A stretch of 64,000 nt of DNA. It comes from Eledone cirrhosa (taxonomy: Eukaryota). The DNA is taken from assembly GCA_964016885.1 (NCBI GenBank), contig OZ024740.1, forward strand, positions 140,430,001 through 140,494,000. The letters are read 5' to 3'. The stretch's first letter is position 1. Each line of letters opens with the position of its first letter. The position numbers and the translations under genes were made by a program. The notes beneath the pieces were generated by a model that saw only the letters and a program-made list of their open reading frames with translations, had not been told where the DNA came from and did no database searches. This document shows positions 1 to 13,080 of this stretch, one piece after another.

Positions 1-94
1 CTATGAAACACTATACTTTACCACACTATATCACACCACTCAAGTTAGAGAGGATCAACTTTTTTCCTGGAAAGTAGAAAACCTAACTTTAAGC

Positions 95-2160
95 TAAAAC
101 CGAACTTTAAAAATAACACTTACCCTAACACTTGCACTCACACATGCTCTAACAGTGAACTTAGCGCTAACATGAAAACTAACACAAACTAACCTGAACA
201 CTAAGACTAAAACTGAAACTAACACTAACCTAAACAGCAGCACTAAAACTAACAATACCGTAAACACTAATACAAACACTAACACTAACCTGAACACTTA
301 CACTAAAACTCACATTAGCACAAACATTAGCCTGAACACTAGCACTAAAACTAACACTACCATAAACACTAACATTGACCTGAGCACTAACACTAACACT
401 AAAAGTAACACTAACACAAACACTAATCTGAAAACTGATACTAACCAGAAAACTAAAGCTAACATTAACTTCAACACTAAAACAAACACTAACACTAACA
501 GAGATACTAACACAAATATTAACACAAAAACAAACACTAACACAATCTCTAACACTAACCTCAACACTAACACTAAAACTAACATTAACTTGAACACTAA
601 CTCTAACCTGAAAACTAATCTAACATTAACCTGAACACTAACATAAACACTAATGCTAACACTAACAGAAATACTAATGCTAACATTAACGCTAACCTTA
701 ACACAAAAACAAAGACTAACGCTAATACAATCACTAACACTAATGGAAACATCAAACACTAATGCTAACAGAGAGACTAACACAAATACTAACACTAACC
801 TTAACACTAAAACTAACACTAACAGAGATACTAACACAAAAACAAACACTAACACAATCTCTAACACTAAAACTCACATTAACTTGAACACTAACTCTAA
901 CCTGAAAACTAATCTAACATTAACCTGAACACTAACATAAACACTAATGCTAACACTAACAGAAATACTAATGCTAACATTAACGCTAACCTTAACACAA
1001 AAACAAAGACTAATGCTAATACAATCACTAACACTAATGGAAACATCAAACACTAATGCTAACAGAGAGACTAACACAAATACTAACACTAACCTTAACA
1101 CTAAAACTAACACTAACAGAGATACTAACACAAAAACAAACACTAACACAATCTCTAACACTAAAACTCACATTAACTTGAACACTAAAACTAACCTGAA
1201 AACTAAGCTAACATTAACCTGAACACTAACATAAACACTAATGCTAACACTAACAGAAATACTAATGCTAACATTAACACAAAAACAAAGACTAACGCTA
1301 ACACAATCACTAACACTAATGGAAACATCAATCACTAATGCTAACAGGGATACTAACACAAATATTAACACAAAAACAAACACTAACACAACCTCTAACA
1401 CTAACCTTAACACTAAAACTAACATTAACACAAACATTAACACAAAAACAAACACTAACACAATCTCCAACACTAAAACTAACATTAACTTGAACACTAA
1501 CACTAACCTGAAAACTAAGCTAACATTAACCTGAACACTAACACAAACACTTACACTAACACAAACACTCATGCTAACATTAACGCTAACCTTAACACAA
1601 AAACAAAGACTAACGCTAACACAATCACTAACACTAATGGAAATAGAGATACTAACACAAATATTAACACAAAAACAAACACTAACACAATCTCTAACAC
1701 TAACCTTAACACTAAAACTAACATTAACACAAACATAACTTTAACACTAACCTGAACACTTACACTAAAATTAACATTAATCTAAACACTAGCACTAAAA
1801 CTAACACTACCATAAACAGTAACACTAACACTGATCTGAGCACTAACAGTAACACTAACACTACCATAAAAACTAACACTAACATGAACACTAACACTAA
1901 AACAAACACGAAAACTGACACTAACCAGAAAACTAAGCTGTAAACACTAACACTAACCTGAACACTAAAACTGACATTAACACGAACACGAACATTAACC
2001 TGAACACTAACACTACCACTAAAACTAACACTACCATAAACCACTAACCTGAGCACTAACACTAAAAGTAACACGAGCCCTAACCTGAAAACTAAGTCAA
2101 CATTAACCTGAACACTAACACAAACACTAACACTAACCTGAACACTAGCACTAACAAAAA
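95..2160. repeat. Degenerate (AACACT)n hexamer satellite with a 294-bp higher-order repeat
   Basis: Continuous aacact/aacatt/aacctg variants. Near-identical ORFs start at 653, 947 and 1241 (period 294). Confidence 0.9.
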
Positions 2161-4208
2161 TGCTAACACTAATACAAAATCAAACACGAACACTAATGGA
2201 AACACTAACACTAACGCTGACACTGACGAAGATGGCTATGCTGGCACAAACGCTAGCGCAAATGTTGACACAATCACTTACGCTGACACAAACACTAACG
2301 TGAATACTGATGCAGGTGCAAAGGCGAATGCTGACAAAGACTCTGACGCACACGCTAATGTAAATGCTACACACTCTAACGCTGACGTGGACACTGACAC
2401 AAATGCTCACGCTGATGCAAACACTAAAGCAAATGCAGACACTAATGCAAACACAGATGCAGATGTTAAAGCAAACGCAAATGCTGATGCAAACGATGAC
2501 AGCGATGCTAATGTGAACCTTAACGCAGACATAAACATTGACATAGAAGCTAAAGGAAACACTGATGCAAACACTAATGAAAATGCTGATGCAGACGCTG
2601 ACACAGACGATAACACACGTTAACACAGATGCTAACGTAAACACTGACGCAGATGCTAATATAAACACTGACGCAGACGCTAACATAAACGCTGACACAG
2701 ATGCTAACACACGTTAACACAGACGCTAACGTAAACGCTGACACAGACACTAATGTAAGCGCTGACGTAGAAGCTAATGTAGATGCTGACGTAGAAGCTA
2801 ACGTAAACGATGACGTAGATGCTGACGTAGAAGCTAACGTAGATGCTGATGTAGAAGCTAACGTAAACGCTGACGTAGTTGTTACGTAGAAGCAGGCGTA
2901 GAAGTTAGCGTTTGCCCTTACCGCCGAAGCTGATCTCCAAAACGCAATTGCTGATGCGGATTGCTGAAGCCAAAGCCAAGCTAACGCTGACGCAAATGTT
3001 GAGGCAGTATTGCCGGCGCTGACGTGTATGCTGACGCTAACGCAAATGCTGATGTGGACGCTAGGGCTAAGGCTAACGCTGACGCAAATACTGAAGTTAA
3101 CGCTTACATGGGATATGCAGACGCTGCATTGATGCGGACGCCACAGGAAAGGTTAATGGAAACGCTAATGCTAACGGAAAACGCTGACGCAGACGTTACG
3201 GAAACGCTGACGTAGAAGCTAACGTAAACGCTGACACAGACACTAACGTAAACGCTGACACAGACGCTAACGTAAACACTGACGTTAACTGAAACGCTGA
3301 CGCTGATGTAAATACAGACGCTGACACAGACGCAGTCGGAAACGCTGACGTAGAAGCTAACGGAAACACTGACATAGATGCTAACGGAAACGCTGACGTA
3401 GAAGCTAGAGTACACACTGACACAGACGCTAACGGAAACACTGACGTAGAAGCTAACGGAAATGCTGACGTAGAAGCTAACGGAAACACTGACACAGACG
3501 CTAACGGAAACGCTGACGTAGAAGCTAGCGTACACACTGACACAGACGCTAACGGAAATGCTGACAAAGACGTTAAAGGAAACGCTGTCGCTAACGCCAA
3601 TGTGAATGCTGATGCAGATGCTGACGCAAATGCTAACCCCCACACAAATGCAAACGCTGATGCTAACACTGAGTCAAACACTAATGCAAATGCTGACGTG
3701 CACGCTGATGCAAACGCTGACACTGACACAAGTGCTGACGCAGACGCTAATGATAATGCTGACTCAGAAGCTGATGTAGACACAGGCACTGAAACAAACA
3801 CTAATGCTAACACTAATGTTGACTCAGACGCTAAGGGAAATGCTGACACAATCACTATCACCAATGCAGACGCTGACGCAAATGCTGACATAGATGCTGA
3901 CACTTACGTAAACACTAACGCAGATGCTAACACCAGTCGACATAGACACCAACACAAAAGCTTATGCAAATGCTAACGCTGATGCAGACAGTAACGCAAA
4001 CAGTAACGCAAACAGTAACTGTAAGAGTAACAGTTACAGTAACACTAACAGTGACAGTAATGCTAACAGTAACACCGTCACTAACAATAAACTTACACTA
4101 ACCCTAAATCTAACATTAACCCAGAGAAAAAAGTCATTTGCAATCACATTTAAGGTCACTCTTTTAGATATAGAAGATAGGCATTACATTTTAATGATTT
4201 TAATTTAA
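2096..4208 (+). pseudogene. Frameshifted low-complexity (D/N/E)-(A/T/V/G) alternating repeat coding-like sequence
   Basis: Open 2096-2620 and about 3290-3935 in the NADADTN frame. Variation falls mostly at synonymous positions (gct/gca, gac/gat, aac/aat). Contains 24-bp units ADVEANVD and NGNADVEA, and several frameshifts. Confidence 0.4.
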
Positions 4209-4686
4209 AGAGAATCACGCTATATGATGCAACACAATAACACACCACACCACACTAACCTACACTACACCAAACGAGATTATACCATATCTTGGTAAAT
4301 TTATGATAGGTTTCCATGTTATAACTACACCAAACTAAACCATACCAAACTACACCAAACCAAACCATACCAAGTTACACCATACTACATCACACCAAGC
4401 TATTGATCTTGGTGTGAAACATTTTCTTCCCGTTTCCTTTTTTTTTTTGTGTGTGTGTGTGCTTACCACCCAATCTGACATTCAAGGTGCTCCCAATTGA
4501 CTATTTTTTTTCCACTTATCAATAATTATGACATGGAAACCTGTCGAAAATGACTATCTTTGTAGAAACTTCACCAAACCACACCATACTACATCACACC
4601 AAGCTATTGATTTTGGTGTGACAAATTTTCATCCGGCATTTTTTTTTTTTTTTTTTGTGCTTACCACACAATTTTACATAAATGGA

Positions 4687-4875
4687 GCTCGCAAATTACT
4701 ATTTTATGCACATATTATCAATGGTTATGACATGAAAACCTGATGAAAATGACTAGCTTTGTAGAAAAAAGAGGGAGGATGTGGGTGGAAATACCATTTA
4801 CAAAGCTAGTCATTTTTTATTGCAGCGGAAGTCATATTTTTTGTTAATATGCTAAAAGCATAGTCCACTGCGAGC
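4687..4875. repeat. Foldback (MITE-like) element, copy 1
   Basis: Nested inverted repeats: gctcgca/tgcgagc, catatta/taatatg, tatgac/gtcata, aaaatgactagctttgta/tacaaagctagtcatttt. Confidence 0.7.
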
Positions 4876-4889
4876 ATCTTGGAAGTTGA

Positions 4890-5282
4890 TAGCACATTTC
4901 ATCACATCACATTTCATCACACCACATCACATTTCATCACACCACATTACATTTCATCACACCACATTACATTTCACCACACCACAGCACATTTCATCAC
5001 ATCACATCACATCACATCACACCACATGCTACCACACTACATCCCACCACACTCCACTACACCATATCCCCCACCCTACATTGAACCACACTCCACTACA
5101 CCACACCACTGTCCACTACAATAAACCACACTACACTACACCACTGTCCACTACACTAAACCACACTACACCACACTACACTACACACCACCACACTACA
5201 CCACACCACTGTCCACTACACTACACCACACTCCACCACACCACACCACACCACACTACACTACACCACACCACACCACTGT
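4890..5282. repeat. Pentanucleotide microsatellite (CACAT/CACCA/CACTA)n
   Basis: Direct reading. Related tracts at about 4240-4400, 5575-5650 and 6410-6620. Confidence 0.9.
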
Positions 5283-5767
5283 CTATTCGACTGTTTTCTA
5301 TTTCGTAGTATGTCCAGTTACAGTAAGAGAAAGAAAGTTATTTCAAAGGATCTGAGTAAGTAAACACTTCATTGACCATCATTTTAAGCAGAATCTCAGT
5401 GTAGTTTTAAATTGACCTTTTCATATGATTACACCTCAGTCTTAACTTAATCACCTGTAGATGGATGCTACATGTAATGTTAAAATTAGTTAAACACTGT
5501 TTCCCCCTTCTCATCACATGTGGATGCTACATGTGTATTGTTAACATTAATCTAACGTTGTGTCCCCCCGTCCCACCTCACCATATCATACCACACCACA
5601 TCACACCATGTTGTACCACATCAGACCACATAACACCATGCTATACCATATATATATATATATATATATGAGCTCCCCACTCGTTATATTAACTGTATCT
5701 CCTCGGTGTTTCGTGAAAGTCTGAGAGATCAGCTATATATTTGTTTACAATTTTTTTTTATATTTAG

Positions 5768-5865
5768 ATGGAAAAGAAGAAAAAGACGACGAAGCAGACG
5801 ACTAAAATGAAAATGACAACAAAGACAAAGAAGACACGGGAAACGAAGATGACGAAAAGAAGAAA
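5768..5865 (+). other. Exon-like purine-rich segment A
   Basis: Poly-T then tatttag acceptor, and a gtatga donor at 5866. The acidic frame (DGKEEKDDEADD*NENDNKDKED) has one stop; a Lys/Thr frame is open. Confidence 0.35.
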
Positions 5866-6167
5866 GTATGATCTCAAATCAGTCTAAATCTAATGATTTA
5901 TAGATATGATCTTAGTTCAATCTTAACCTAATGACCTGTAGATACGATCTATTTAGGTTTAACTTAAACATTCAAAGATATTTGTATATAATTTTGTTGA
6001 TGTTTGACATTGTTTTTTAGTTATGAAATAGCTTATAAGCTACATTATAGGATCACAGTGCATGAGCACACTGCTCTTTAAATTAACTTTATCTCCTCAG
6101 CACTTTGTAAAGTCTGAGAGATAGGCAACATATATGTTTTACATTCTTTTTTTTTTTTGGTATTTAG

Positions 6168-6342
6168 ATTAGATGGCAGAGAAGTCAAAGGCACAGAAGA
6201 AATCAAAGGCACAGAAGCAGTCCAAGGCACAGAAGCAGTCCAAGGCACAGAAGCAGTCCAAGGCACAGAAGCAGTCAAAGGCACAGAAGCAGTCAAAGGC
6301 ACAGAAGCAAACAAAGGCACAGAAGAAGACAAAGAAAAATGA
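6168..6342 (+). repeat. Exon-like segment B with 8 copies of an 18-bp repeat
   Basis: ggcacagaagcagtc(c/a)aa x8. The upstream acceptor context is homologous to that of segment A (gtctgagagat...poly-T...tatttag). Confidence 0.6.
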
Positions 6343-6580
6343 ACAAGAAGAACAATTATTATTACTATTATTATTGTTATTATTATTTGTATTATTATAA
6401 TCAAACTAAGCCACACTACATCAACCTATACCAAACCACAACACACTACATCAATCTATACCATACCATACCACATTATCCAACACCACACTATGAAACA
6501 CTGTACGACCTCACATCAGACCATTCTATGAAACAATATACCATACTACACTATACAACAATAGACAACACCACACAAGA

Positions 6581-8101
6581 CTATGAAACACTATACTTTA
6601 CCACACTATATCACACCACTCAAGTTAGAGAGGATCAACTTTTTTCCTGGAAAGTAGAAAACCTAACTTTAAGCTAAAACCGAACTTTAAAAATAACACT
6701 TACCCTAAAACTTGCACTCACACATGCTCTAACAGTGAACTTAGCGCTAACATGTAAACTAACACAAACACAAAATCTGAAAACTAACATTAAATAGAAA
6801 ACTAACACAAACTAACCTGAACACTAAGACTAAAACTGACACTAACACTAACCTGAACACCAGCACTAAAACTAACAATACCGTAAACACTAATACAAAC
6901 ACTAACACTAACCTGAACACTTACACTAAAACTAACATTAGCACAAACATTAGCCTGAACACTAGCACTAAAACTAACACTGTCATAAACACTAACACTG
7001 ACCTGAGCACTAACACTAAAAGTAACACTAACACAAACACTAATCTGAAAACTGATACTAACCAGAAAACTAAGCTAACATTAACTTCAACACTAAAACA
7101 AACACTAACAGAGATACTAACACAAATATTAACACAAAAACAAACACTAACACAATCTCTAACACTAACCTCAACACTAACACTAAAACTAACATTAACT
7201 TGAACACTAACTCTAACCTGAAAACAATTCTAACATTAACCTGAACACTAACATAAACACTAATGCTAACACTAACAGAAATACTAATGCTAACATTAAC
7301 GCTAACCTTAACACAAAATCAAAGACTAACGCTAATACAATCACTAACACTAATGGAAACATCAAACACTAATGCTAACAGAGATACTAACACAAATATT
7401 AACACAAAAACAAATACTAACACTAACCTTAACACTAACACTAACAGAGATACTAACACAAAAACAAAGACTAACACAATCTCTAACACTAACCTCAACA
7501 CTAACACTAAAACTAACATTAACTTGAACACTAACTCTAACCTGAAAACTAATCTAACATTAACCTGAACACTAACATAAACACTAATGCTAACACTAAC
7601 AGAAATACTAATGCTAACATTAACGCTAACCTTAACACAAAAACAAAGACTAACGCTAATACAATCACTAACACTAATGGAAACATCAAACACTAATGCT
7701 AACAGAGATACTAACACAAATATTAACACAAAAACAAATACTAACACTAACCTTAACACTAACACTAACCTGAACACTTACACTAAAACTATACTACATC
7801 ACACCAAGCTATTGATTTTGGTGTGACAAATTTTCATGCGGCAATTTTTTTTTTTGTTTTTGTGTTTACCACACAATTTGACATAAATGGTGCTCGCAAA
7901 TTACTATTTTATGCACATATATCAATGGTTATGACATGGAAATCTGATGAAAATGACTAGCTTTGTAGAAAAAAGAGGGAGGATGTGGGTGGAAATACCA
8001 TTTACAAAGCTAGTCATTTTTTATTGCAGCGGAAGTCATATTTTTTGTTAATATGCTAAAAGCATAGTTCACTGCGAGCATCTTGGAAGTTGATAGCACA
8101 T
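6581..8101 (+). repeat. Second, internally deleted copy of a 6580-bp tandem duplication
   Basis: 6581 onward matches position 1 onward. At about 7790 it jumps to sequence matching about 4585-4897. Confidence 0.9.
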
Positions 8102-8470
8102 GCAAAAATGAAGGAAAAAATTTTTTTTCTAACATAAATCAAAGTGGAAATTTAAATCCTCACTTATAACAAAGCACACCACAGCACATTAATCTACCTC
8201 AATCCACACCATATACTTCACCATAACCATACTTCACTATATGGTAAATTTATTACAGAACACCTACTCCTACCATCTACATCACACCAATGCTCGCAGT
8301 TGACTATTTTTTCCACATATTATGAATGAATATAACTTTGAAACCAATCGTCAATGATTAGCTTTGCAGAAAGTGGGTGGAAAAACCATTCACAAAGCTA
8401 ATCATTTTTAATTGCAGTGGAAATCATATTTGTTGTTAATATGCTAAAAAAATAGTCAATTGCAAGCATT
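7891..8470. repeat. Foldback element copies 2 (7891-8080) and 3 (8289-8470)
   Basis: Same nested inverted repeats as 4687-4875. Copy 3 has matched changes on both arms. Confidence 0.7.
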
Positions 8471-8875
8471 CTGGAGGTCGGATTAGTTGATAGGACATAA
8501 AAAAACAAAGGAAAACAAATATTGTCTATATGTTCCTGTGGAAAGTCGGGTCTTCTGTATTACTGTGTGACGCCAGAGGTCATGATCATGTGTCATTGCC
8601 CTTGAGAGGTGCAATTGGGAAAGGTCGGCTTAGAAATATTTACTTCTGCGTTCACAGATTGATTTTTTTTTAGTTTCAGAAGATCCCATTAAGGGTGAAA
8701 GCAGCCGATTCTTTACTTAAACTTTAATCTGTTATTTTAATAAATATTTGCTCTACGGTTCTTATATAATTGATATATATTTATCCCTATCAAGCCCTCT
8801 TTGGATTTTAGTCTTGATATGTATTATTATTACTATATATATATATATGTGTGTGTGTGTATATATTAGTTTATA

Positions 8876-8920
<45 letters not shown>

Positions 8921-9238
8921 TGAGAGTATTGGCCTTGCAATCAAAAGGTTGTGAGTTCAATTCTCACACCGGGTGATGTTTTGTTTCCTTGAGCAAGACA
9001 CTTTATTTCACATTGCTCCAGTTTACTCAGCTGTAGAAATGAGATGATAGGACTGAGGTCCCTATCATTCCACTGCAAAGTGGTCGTGGAGGTGCCACGG
9101 CAAAAAAGCACCCAGCCCACACTGTAAATGAGGTTGGTGTTAGGAAGGGCATCCAGCTGTAGAAATCAAGCCAGAATCAGTTCCTGTCCCACCCTTGCAA
9201 GCAGGGAAAAAGTGGACGTAAAATGAAATGATGATGAA
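8921..9238 (+). mobile_element. tRNA-derived SINE, 5'-truncated
   Basis: B-box gagttcaattc, body ccttgagcaagacactttatttcacattgctccag, RTE-like 3' end and (GAT)n tail. Confidence 0.85.
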
Positions 9239-9560
9239 TGCTCCCAGCTGTGGTCACCCCATAGTATCAAACTAACGATGGAGCTTGAAGCAATCCAATG
9301 AAGCTACACCAAGAAGGTTGCCACGATGAAGGAGATAAACTACTGGGAGAGTCTAAAAGAACTGAAACTCTACTCCTCGGAATGAAGACGGGAGAGATAT
9401 GCAATGATATACATATGGAAAATCCTGGGGGGACTAAGACCAAACTTTCGCATTGAAAGCTGGACCAATTCTCGAACAGGACGTCACTGTGTGGTACCAA
9501 AGGTCCCGTCTTCCACATCTAGAATCAGGAGCAGCTATTGAGGTTCAAAGGCCCTCAACT
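9239..9560 (+). mobile_element. CR1/L2-like LINE 3' fragment
   Basis: Homologous to 12580-13080 in reverse orientation (YWE.LKELKLYS-like). Confidence 0.7.
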
Positions 9561-9632
9561 TGGTTTTTCCAAAATTAAAATTTGTGTTTCCTATTCATCA
9601 ATGCTTCAAGCAAGCTATAAAACTGTTATATT

Positions 9633-10012
9633 TCATCATCATCATCATTTTATGTCAGTTCTTCTACGCTAGCATGGGTAGTCCTGTTGTGAGCAGTGTC
9701 CGGTCGGCTGACCTTGTCTTGCTCATACGGGAACTGATTCTGTCTTGATTTCTACAGCTGGATGCCCTTCCTAATACCAACCTCATTTACAGTGAGTGCT
9801 GGGTGTTTTTGTTTTTTTTTGTACCTCCACGACCACTTTGCAGTGGAATGATAGGGACCCCAGTCCTCTCATCTCATTTCTACAGCTGAGTAAACTGGAG
9901 CAATGTGAAATAGTGTCTAGCTCAAGGAAACAACACATCACCCGGTCCGAGAATTAAACTCACAACCTTTCAATTGCAAGCCCAATGCTCTAACCACTGA
10001 GCTATGTGCCTT
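9633..10012 (-). mobile_element. tRNA-derived SINE
   Basis: Reverse complement of the same family, with A/B boxes at about 9955-10010 and a (CAT)n tail. Confidence 0.85.
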
Positions 10013-10019
10013 CTATTGT

Positions 10020-11000
10020 TGGCAATGTTAGGTCAGGTGACCATGTCTTGCTCATAAAGAACTGATTTTGGCTTGGTTTCTACAGCTGGATGCCCTTCCT
10101 AATGCCAAGCTCATTTACAGTGAGTACTGGGTGTTTTCTGTTGTGATTCCTCCACGACTACTTTACAGTGTGGACTGGGTGTTTTTTACCGTGTCACCAT
10201 CACGACCACTTTACAGTGTTTCGGCCTGTTCTCATGAAAGATATATTGGCGAGTGGGATGGAGTGGTGCATACTGTATGTATATATCAGCCTTGGCCTGG
10301 GCCCGTGGGAAGTTGGGGTTTCTGTATTACCTCATAACGCCAGAGATCTTGGTCCTGTGTCATTGCCTTTCAGAGGTGCAATTGGGCAAGGTCGGCTTTT
10401 ATCACTTCATCTCAAGTCTTTCTGGGACTTTATGTAGCTGTCATCCTTCATACGAATCACATGTCCATACCAACATAATCTCCTCTCCTGCACACACCAT
10501 TTGATTTCTCTTATGCCTAGTTTCTCTTTCAGTTTGTTTATGCTTTGCTGTTCGCGTATATTACTATTACACATCCTTCGGAGCATACAAGCTTCATTCC
10601 TTTCTAATCTACGCAAGTCTTCTACACACAGCGCTCAGCTCTCACTACCAAGCAACATTGCTGTTCATATGCACACATCATACAGTCTACCTTTTATTCT
10701 GAGGGAAAAGCCTTTTGTATCCAGCTGTGGCAGTAGCTCCCTCAACTTCTTCCATCCCGTTCTTTCAGAACACCCCCCCTCCCCTCCGCTGCTAATTCAG
10801 TATTGTTTTTACCAAGTCCTCCCAGACTTTGATGTCACTTGTTTTCAGTGATTGTTTGCTGCTTACTGTCCTGGTGCAACTGCTACATGTAAAGCCTACA
10901 TTCTTAACTAAACTTCCTGAGATCCCACTACATCTCTTGTGTACCCATAGTTTGCATATGGGGCAGAGGATGGAGTTTCTACCTACACCTCTCCTACATA
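10020..11000 (-). mobile_element. RTE LINE 3' fragment
   Basis: RRLERNEACMLR...ERRLCWYGHV and CPICKLWVHKRCSG, matching the 30981-33347 ORF. Confidence 0.85.
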
Positions 11001-11042
11001 ATGAGCACACACACACACATATATATATACACACACTCATAT

Positions 11043-12040
11043 ACTAGCCGAATTACCAGCGCCTTGCTGCGTTTCACACATTTTTTTGGTAAGAAAATGA
11101 TTGATTTTAAATCAGTGATATAATTTATGGAGAAAAACTCAATATTACTCAATGTAAAATATAATGCATGAAAAATTGGAAAACATCATTTTTTGTAATA
11201 TATCAAATCAAAATTGCATTATTAAATCTTATTCTTATTTTGTTTCTTGTAAATAATTTTTTTCAAAATATCAATTGAAAACGTTTGTGAATAGGCATCA
11301 TATCTTGTCATTTACCTATGGTTTAAGTTTCATATAAATCGAAAGGGAAAAGTTTTCAGCGGGGGTTTGTACCCCCGGGGAACCCTAATAGGGGGTTTAA
11401 CCACCATTAAGGTGTCTTATAGTATTGAAATGTTGTGAATAGGCATCATAACTCTTCATTTATCTATGGTTTAAATTGCATATAAATCGAACCGAAAATA
11501 TTTTCAGCGGGGATTTTGTGCCCCCTGGTGAACCCTAATAGGGGGTTTAACCCCCATTAGGGTATTGTAATTTTATTGAAATTTGATGAAATGATGTGAA
11601 TAGGCATCATATCGTGTCGTTTACCTATGGTTTAAATTGCATATAAATCGAAGGGAAAACATTTTCAGCAGGGGTTTGTGCTACCGGTGAACCCTAATAG
11701 GGGGTTTAACCCCCATTAGGGTATTTTAATTTTATTGAAATTTGCTGAAATTTTGTGAATAGGCATCATATCTTGTCATTTACCTATGGTTTAAATTTCA
11801 TATAAATCGAAGGTAAAGTTTCAGCGGCGGTTTTGTGCCCCCGATGAACCCTTTGATTAAAATGAAATATACTTATACAAGTACCTTGGCAATGTAGTTT
11901 CAGAATATATATATGGTTATGGGGGTCTATCTCCAAAACCATAGGAGGAGTTTGTAAAATCTTGTTCCATTTATTGGCCAAACTTTTCACTATAGGGCGT
12001 TTAACCCCCATTAGGGTGTCTTAATATTATTGAAATTTGC
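11043..12040 (-). mobile_element. Non-autonomous Helitron-like element with internal ~150-160 bp tandem repeats
   Basis: Minus-strand terminus ...gcaaggcgctggtaattcggCTAGt resembles the Helitron ends at 56252 and 57784. Units start at 11287, 11435, 11596 and 11755. Confidence 0.6.
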
Positions 12041-12579
12041 ACACACACACATCACACACACACACATATATATATATATATACACAAACACACACACACA
12101 TATATATATATATATACACAAACACACACACATATATATATATATACACAAACACACACACACACATATATATATATACACAAACACACACACATATATA
12201 TATACACAAACACACACACATATTTATATCTTTTAGCAGAGCATTTTAATATTGCCACTCAATGAAAACCCTTTGTTTGTTTGGAATAAATGAATCTTGA
12301 AAATTAGGAGTGCCTGTCAGTGTGTGTGTGTTTGTCTACTTAGCATCAATTTACTACCCTCCCCTACCACCAGAAAATGTATAAATACCACCATATTACA
12401 TTGACAGTCGGCTTTTCTGATGATTTCCTCTGAATGAAACAATTCTAGTCCTGTTGAAGCCATTTCTATATTAAATATATATATATACTCTTTTAGCTGT
12501 TCCAGCCATCTGGCTGAGACCATGATTGGGCACTGCCCTTGTTGCTACACATTCTATCTCCAGCCTGTGTTGGCTGGCC

Positions 12580-13080
12580 ATTGATGTAAGAGGGGGTTCG
12601 TTGCTGCTGCCCTTAGTTTACCTTCGTACTGTGATGTGGGCTCATCCTGGATAACAGGGTGTCGAGAAGTTTCTTGAAAATATCCACGGCCACACCATGT
12701 AGATCTCTCAAATCCCTCGGCAGTTTGTTGAAGAGTTGAGGGCCTTTGAACCCGAGTCTATTGCAATATCTGCTTCTTGTTCTAGATGTGGAAGACGGGA
12801 CCTTTGTCACCACACAGTGACGTCCTGTTCGGGGGTTGGTCCCGCTCTCAATACCAAAGTTTGGCGCTAGTCCCTCCAGGATTTTCCATATGTATATCCC
12901 TGCATATCTCTCCCATCTTCGTTCCAAGGAGTAGAGTTTCAGTTCTTTTAGCCTCTCCCAGTAGCTCATCTCCTTCATCGTGCAATCCTCTTGGTGTAGC
13001 TTCGTTGGATTGTCTCAAGTTCCATGGTTAGTTTGATACTATGGGGTGACCACAGCTGGGAGCAATAGTCCAGGCAGCTT
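12580..13080 (-). mobile_element. CR1/L2-like LINE ORF2 C-terminal fragment
   Basis: MSYWERLKELKLYSLERR...IYIWKIL...LFNKLPRDLR...FKKLLD. Confidence 0.8.

Noticed and set aside
94-3903. Long hydrophobic minus-strand ORFs (LVLVLVF, VSVSVS, ASASAF) resembling membrane proteins
   Set aside because: They are stop-free antisense readings of the AACACT/GACGCT repeat. The substitution pattern fits the + frame better.
4740-4830. CTGATGA followed by a long stem (also at about 7944) as a hammerhead
   Set aside because: No GAAA, stem III or stem I partner follows the stem.
4879-5308. His-rich ORFs
   Set aside because: Translations of pentanucleotide microsatellite, open in several frames.
11287-11850. 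Regularly spaced repeats as a CRISPR array
   Set aside because: Whole ~155-bp units repeat with no unique spacers. Eukaryotic context and no cas genes.
12011-12258. YIYI/HTHT/CVCV ORFs here and elsewhere
   Set aside because: Dinucleotide microsatellite translations.
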